A DNA stretch of 64,000 nt, from positions 1,184,001-1,248,000 of the forward strand of contig CM000434.1 in the NCBI GenBank assembly GCA_000165345.1, given 5' to 3'. A program made the translations under genes and the position numbers. Positions 62,064 to 64,000 of the stretch are shown here, piece by piece (position 1 is the first letter of the stretch; each line of letters begins with the position of its first letter). The notes beneath the pieces were generated by a model. That model did no database searches. It worked only from the letters and a program-made list of their open reading frames with translations, and was not told the DNA's origin.

Positions 62064-64000
62064 AATGTGGGAGGACAAAGGCATGCTGATCATTGATAAG
62101 AATGAGTCAGGGACGTTTCCAAATCAAGAAGATGTTGCAAAGCACATCGAACAGGCTTGCAGTTCAAAGTTGGAAGACAAAGTTGTGTTAGAGTACTTAG
62201 TAAAGGTAGTTTATGCTGAAATTCTTGAAAATAAAGGAAGAATGTCTAAAGATAGACTGTTTGAAATAATGGATACTTTCTTGAGGCAATATGGTGATTT
62301 TGAAAATATTAATTCAGTTGTGAATAATATATATGAAGAATTAGGTATTGAACCAGAGGAGTCCAATGAACTTGCTGGAGTATTGAAAGTTATTGAACCA
62401 ACAAAAATTCTCAAATCCGAGGTTGAAACAGACAAACTTAAGTACGATCCTCTTCTTGATCTAGATGTGGGAGGAAGTGGGAACTTCAACAAAAATATCC
62501 CTATTGGGGAAAGTATTAAGCTTCAAAAGGCTGCAGCAAAGGAGAAAGAGAGACAGCTTAGATTATTAAAGCAATGGGAGAAGCAAAAGTTGGAGGTACC
62601 TGTTCCTGTGTGTCAACATCCAATTGATAGGTCTAGACGAAAGCTAACAGACATTCAAATTCCCAATATTACTATTTTTATTTCTGGAAGAGCTCTTCTT
62701 AGTGATGCATCATTAAATCTGACTCTTAAGCATAAATATGGACTAATAGGTAGGAATGGAATTGGGAAATCAACTCTTCTGACTTATATTGTAAGAAGAG
62801 AGATACCAGGAATTCCTGCTGATGTTTCTATTGCTTGTGTTGAACAAGAGTTACATTACAGACCTGAAGAAACAGTCTTGGAAGCAGTTTTAAGTATAGA
62901 TACTGAAAGATTTGAGCTTTTAGAAGAAGAGAAAAGACTTCTGGCTGGAAATGATGAGGAATCTGGGAATTCAGAACTCCTTAAAGAAGAAAACACTGCA
63001 CGTTTAAGTCAAATATATGAAAGATTAACAGAAATTGATGCATATACTGCTGAAAATAGAGCTTCTGTCATTCTTGTTGGCTTAGGATTCACTCAGGAAA
63101 TGCTTAAAGAGAAAGTTATTCGACTTTCGGGAGGATGGAGAATGAGAGTTGCTCTTGCGAGGGCAATATATGCTAATCCTGATATCTTACTCTTGGATGA
63201 ACCTACCAACCACTTGGATATACTTGCAGTTACTTGGCTTGAAAATTTCCTTAAAGAATGGGATAAAATTTGTGTCATTGTTAGCCACTCAAGAGATCTT
63301 CTTAACCAAGTTTGTTCTGATATTATCCATTTTAATGACAATAAACTTACATACTACAAAGGGAATTACGATACATTCGAGGAAGTGAGATCTATTGATC
63401 TGATTCTTAAACAAAAACATTTGGAACAACAAGCAGCTGAAAAGGAACGAATTCAGAGATTTATTGATAGATTCAGGTGTAATGCTAGTAGAGCAAGTTT
63501 AGTTCAGAGCCGAATTAAATACCTTGAAAGGCTTCCTATTCTGGAGGAAGTCCGTAAAGACCCCACAGTTGTTTTTGACTTTAATGCCATGGATATTTCT
63601 GGGTCGACAATTACTGGTAAAAGTGATGATACTTATGTATCTCTCATCGAATGTTGTGGTGTCAGCTTCTACTATTCACAGGAATCTAGCAACACAACCA
63701 AACAAATTGTTCATGATTTTAGTATGAATATACAAAGCAATTCAAAGATAGCAATTTGTGGAGGAAATGGAAGCGGTAAAACTACAGTTCTAAAATTAAT
63801 TATGGGACAACTCAACCCAACCAAGGGAATGATCAAAAGAGATCCAAAAATTAGAATAGGTTATTTTGCACAACATCATATTGAATCGCTTGACCTTACA
63901 CTTAACTCTATTCAGCAGTTACAAGCAAGGTATCCTGTAGCTGATATTTCTGATGAAAAAGCCAGGAATTTCTTTGGAAGGTTTGGAATCACAGGCAGTC
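62064..64000 (+). CDS. ABC-F family ATPase (GCN20/ABCF3-like), 5' portion; runs off the window end
   Basis: Not in the ORF track because there is no stop in the window. The frame is open from the ATG at 62064. NBD1 has Walker A GRNGIGKST, signature LSGGWRMRVALARA and Walker B ILLLDEPTNHLD. NBD2 Walker A is ICGGNGSGKTT. LSGGWRMR is ABC-F specific. Confidence 0.85.

Overview
This is an AT-rich, gene-dense eukaryotic window of about 27 protein-coding genes in 64 kb. Genes sit on both strands, with a few short GT-AG introns and short intergenic spacers. Those spacers carry recurrent GGCGCC (E2F-like) and GCATGC motifs. The gene content, compactness, base composition and promoter motif grammar all point to an apicomplexan of the Cryptosporidium type. 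There are no prokaryotic features: no rRNA, tRNA or CRISPR, and no transposon was recognised.

Genes recognisable from translation (minus strand unless marked +):
- a HEAT-repeat protein (PP4R1-like), 868-4731
- DPH7/WDR85, two exons (+)
- a CacyBP-like CS-domain protein (+)
- TFIIH p34/Tfb4, two exons
- a Ser/Thr kinase
- ribophorin I/OST1
- CCT beta
- an Ecdysoneless/SGT1-family protein
- GPI mannosyltransferase PIG-V (+)
- a giant low-complexity protein of about 2900 aa, whose N-terminal PHD-zinc knuckle-ePHD (PZP) exon appears to be spliced on through a 326-bp intron
- Trm5 (+)
- an ERGIC-53-like L-type lectin (+)
- a Deltex-like E3 ligase (2x WWE, RING, DTC)
- a CKK-domain (CAMSAP-like) protein (+)
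- a kinase-like, possibly pseudokinase, protein
- two divergently transcribed paralogous type II membrane proteins
- a RUN plus Rubicon-homology (DUF4206) protein (+)
- a catalytically degenerate metacaspase-like protein (+)
- an Aurora-like kinase (+)
- SPT6
- the 5' two-thirds of an ABC-F ATPase (+)

A roughly 3 kb stretch (44215-47175) is largely N-masked and cannot be annotated.

The most notable findings are:
- an over-represented palindromic ATACCGGT(G/A)T motif that co-occurs with GGCGCC in at least eight promoters
- several domain architectures not usually associated with apicomplexans (Deltex, CKK, RUN-RH)
- a pseudo-metacaspase
- a PZP exon fused to a giant ORF
- a paralogous membrane-protein pair
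- a tandem TTACGTG element
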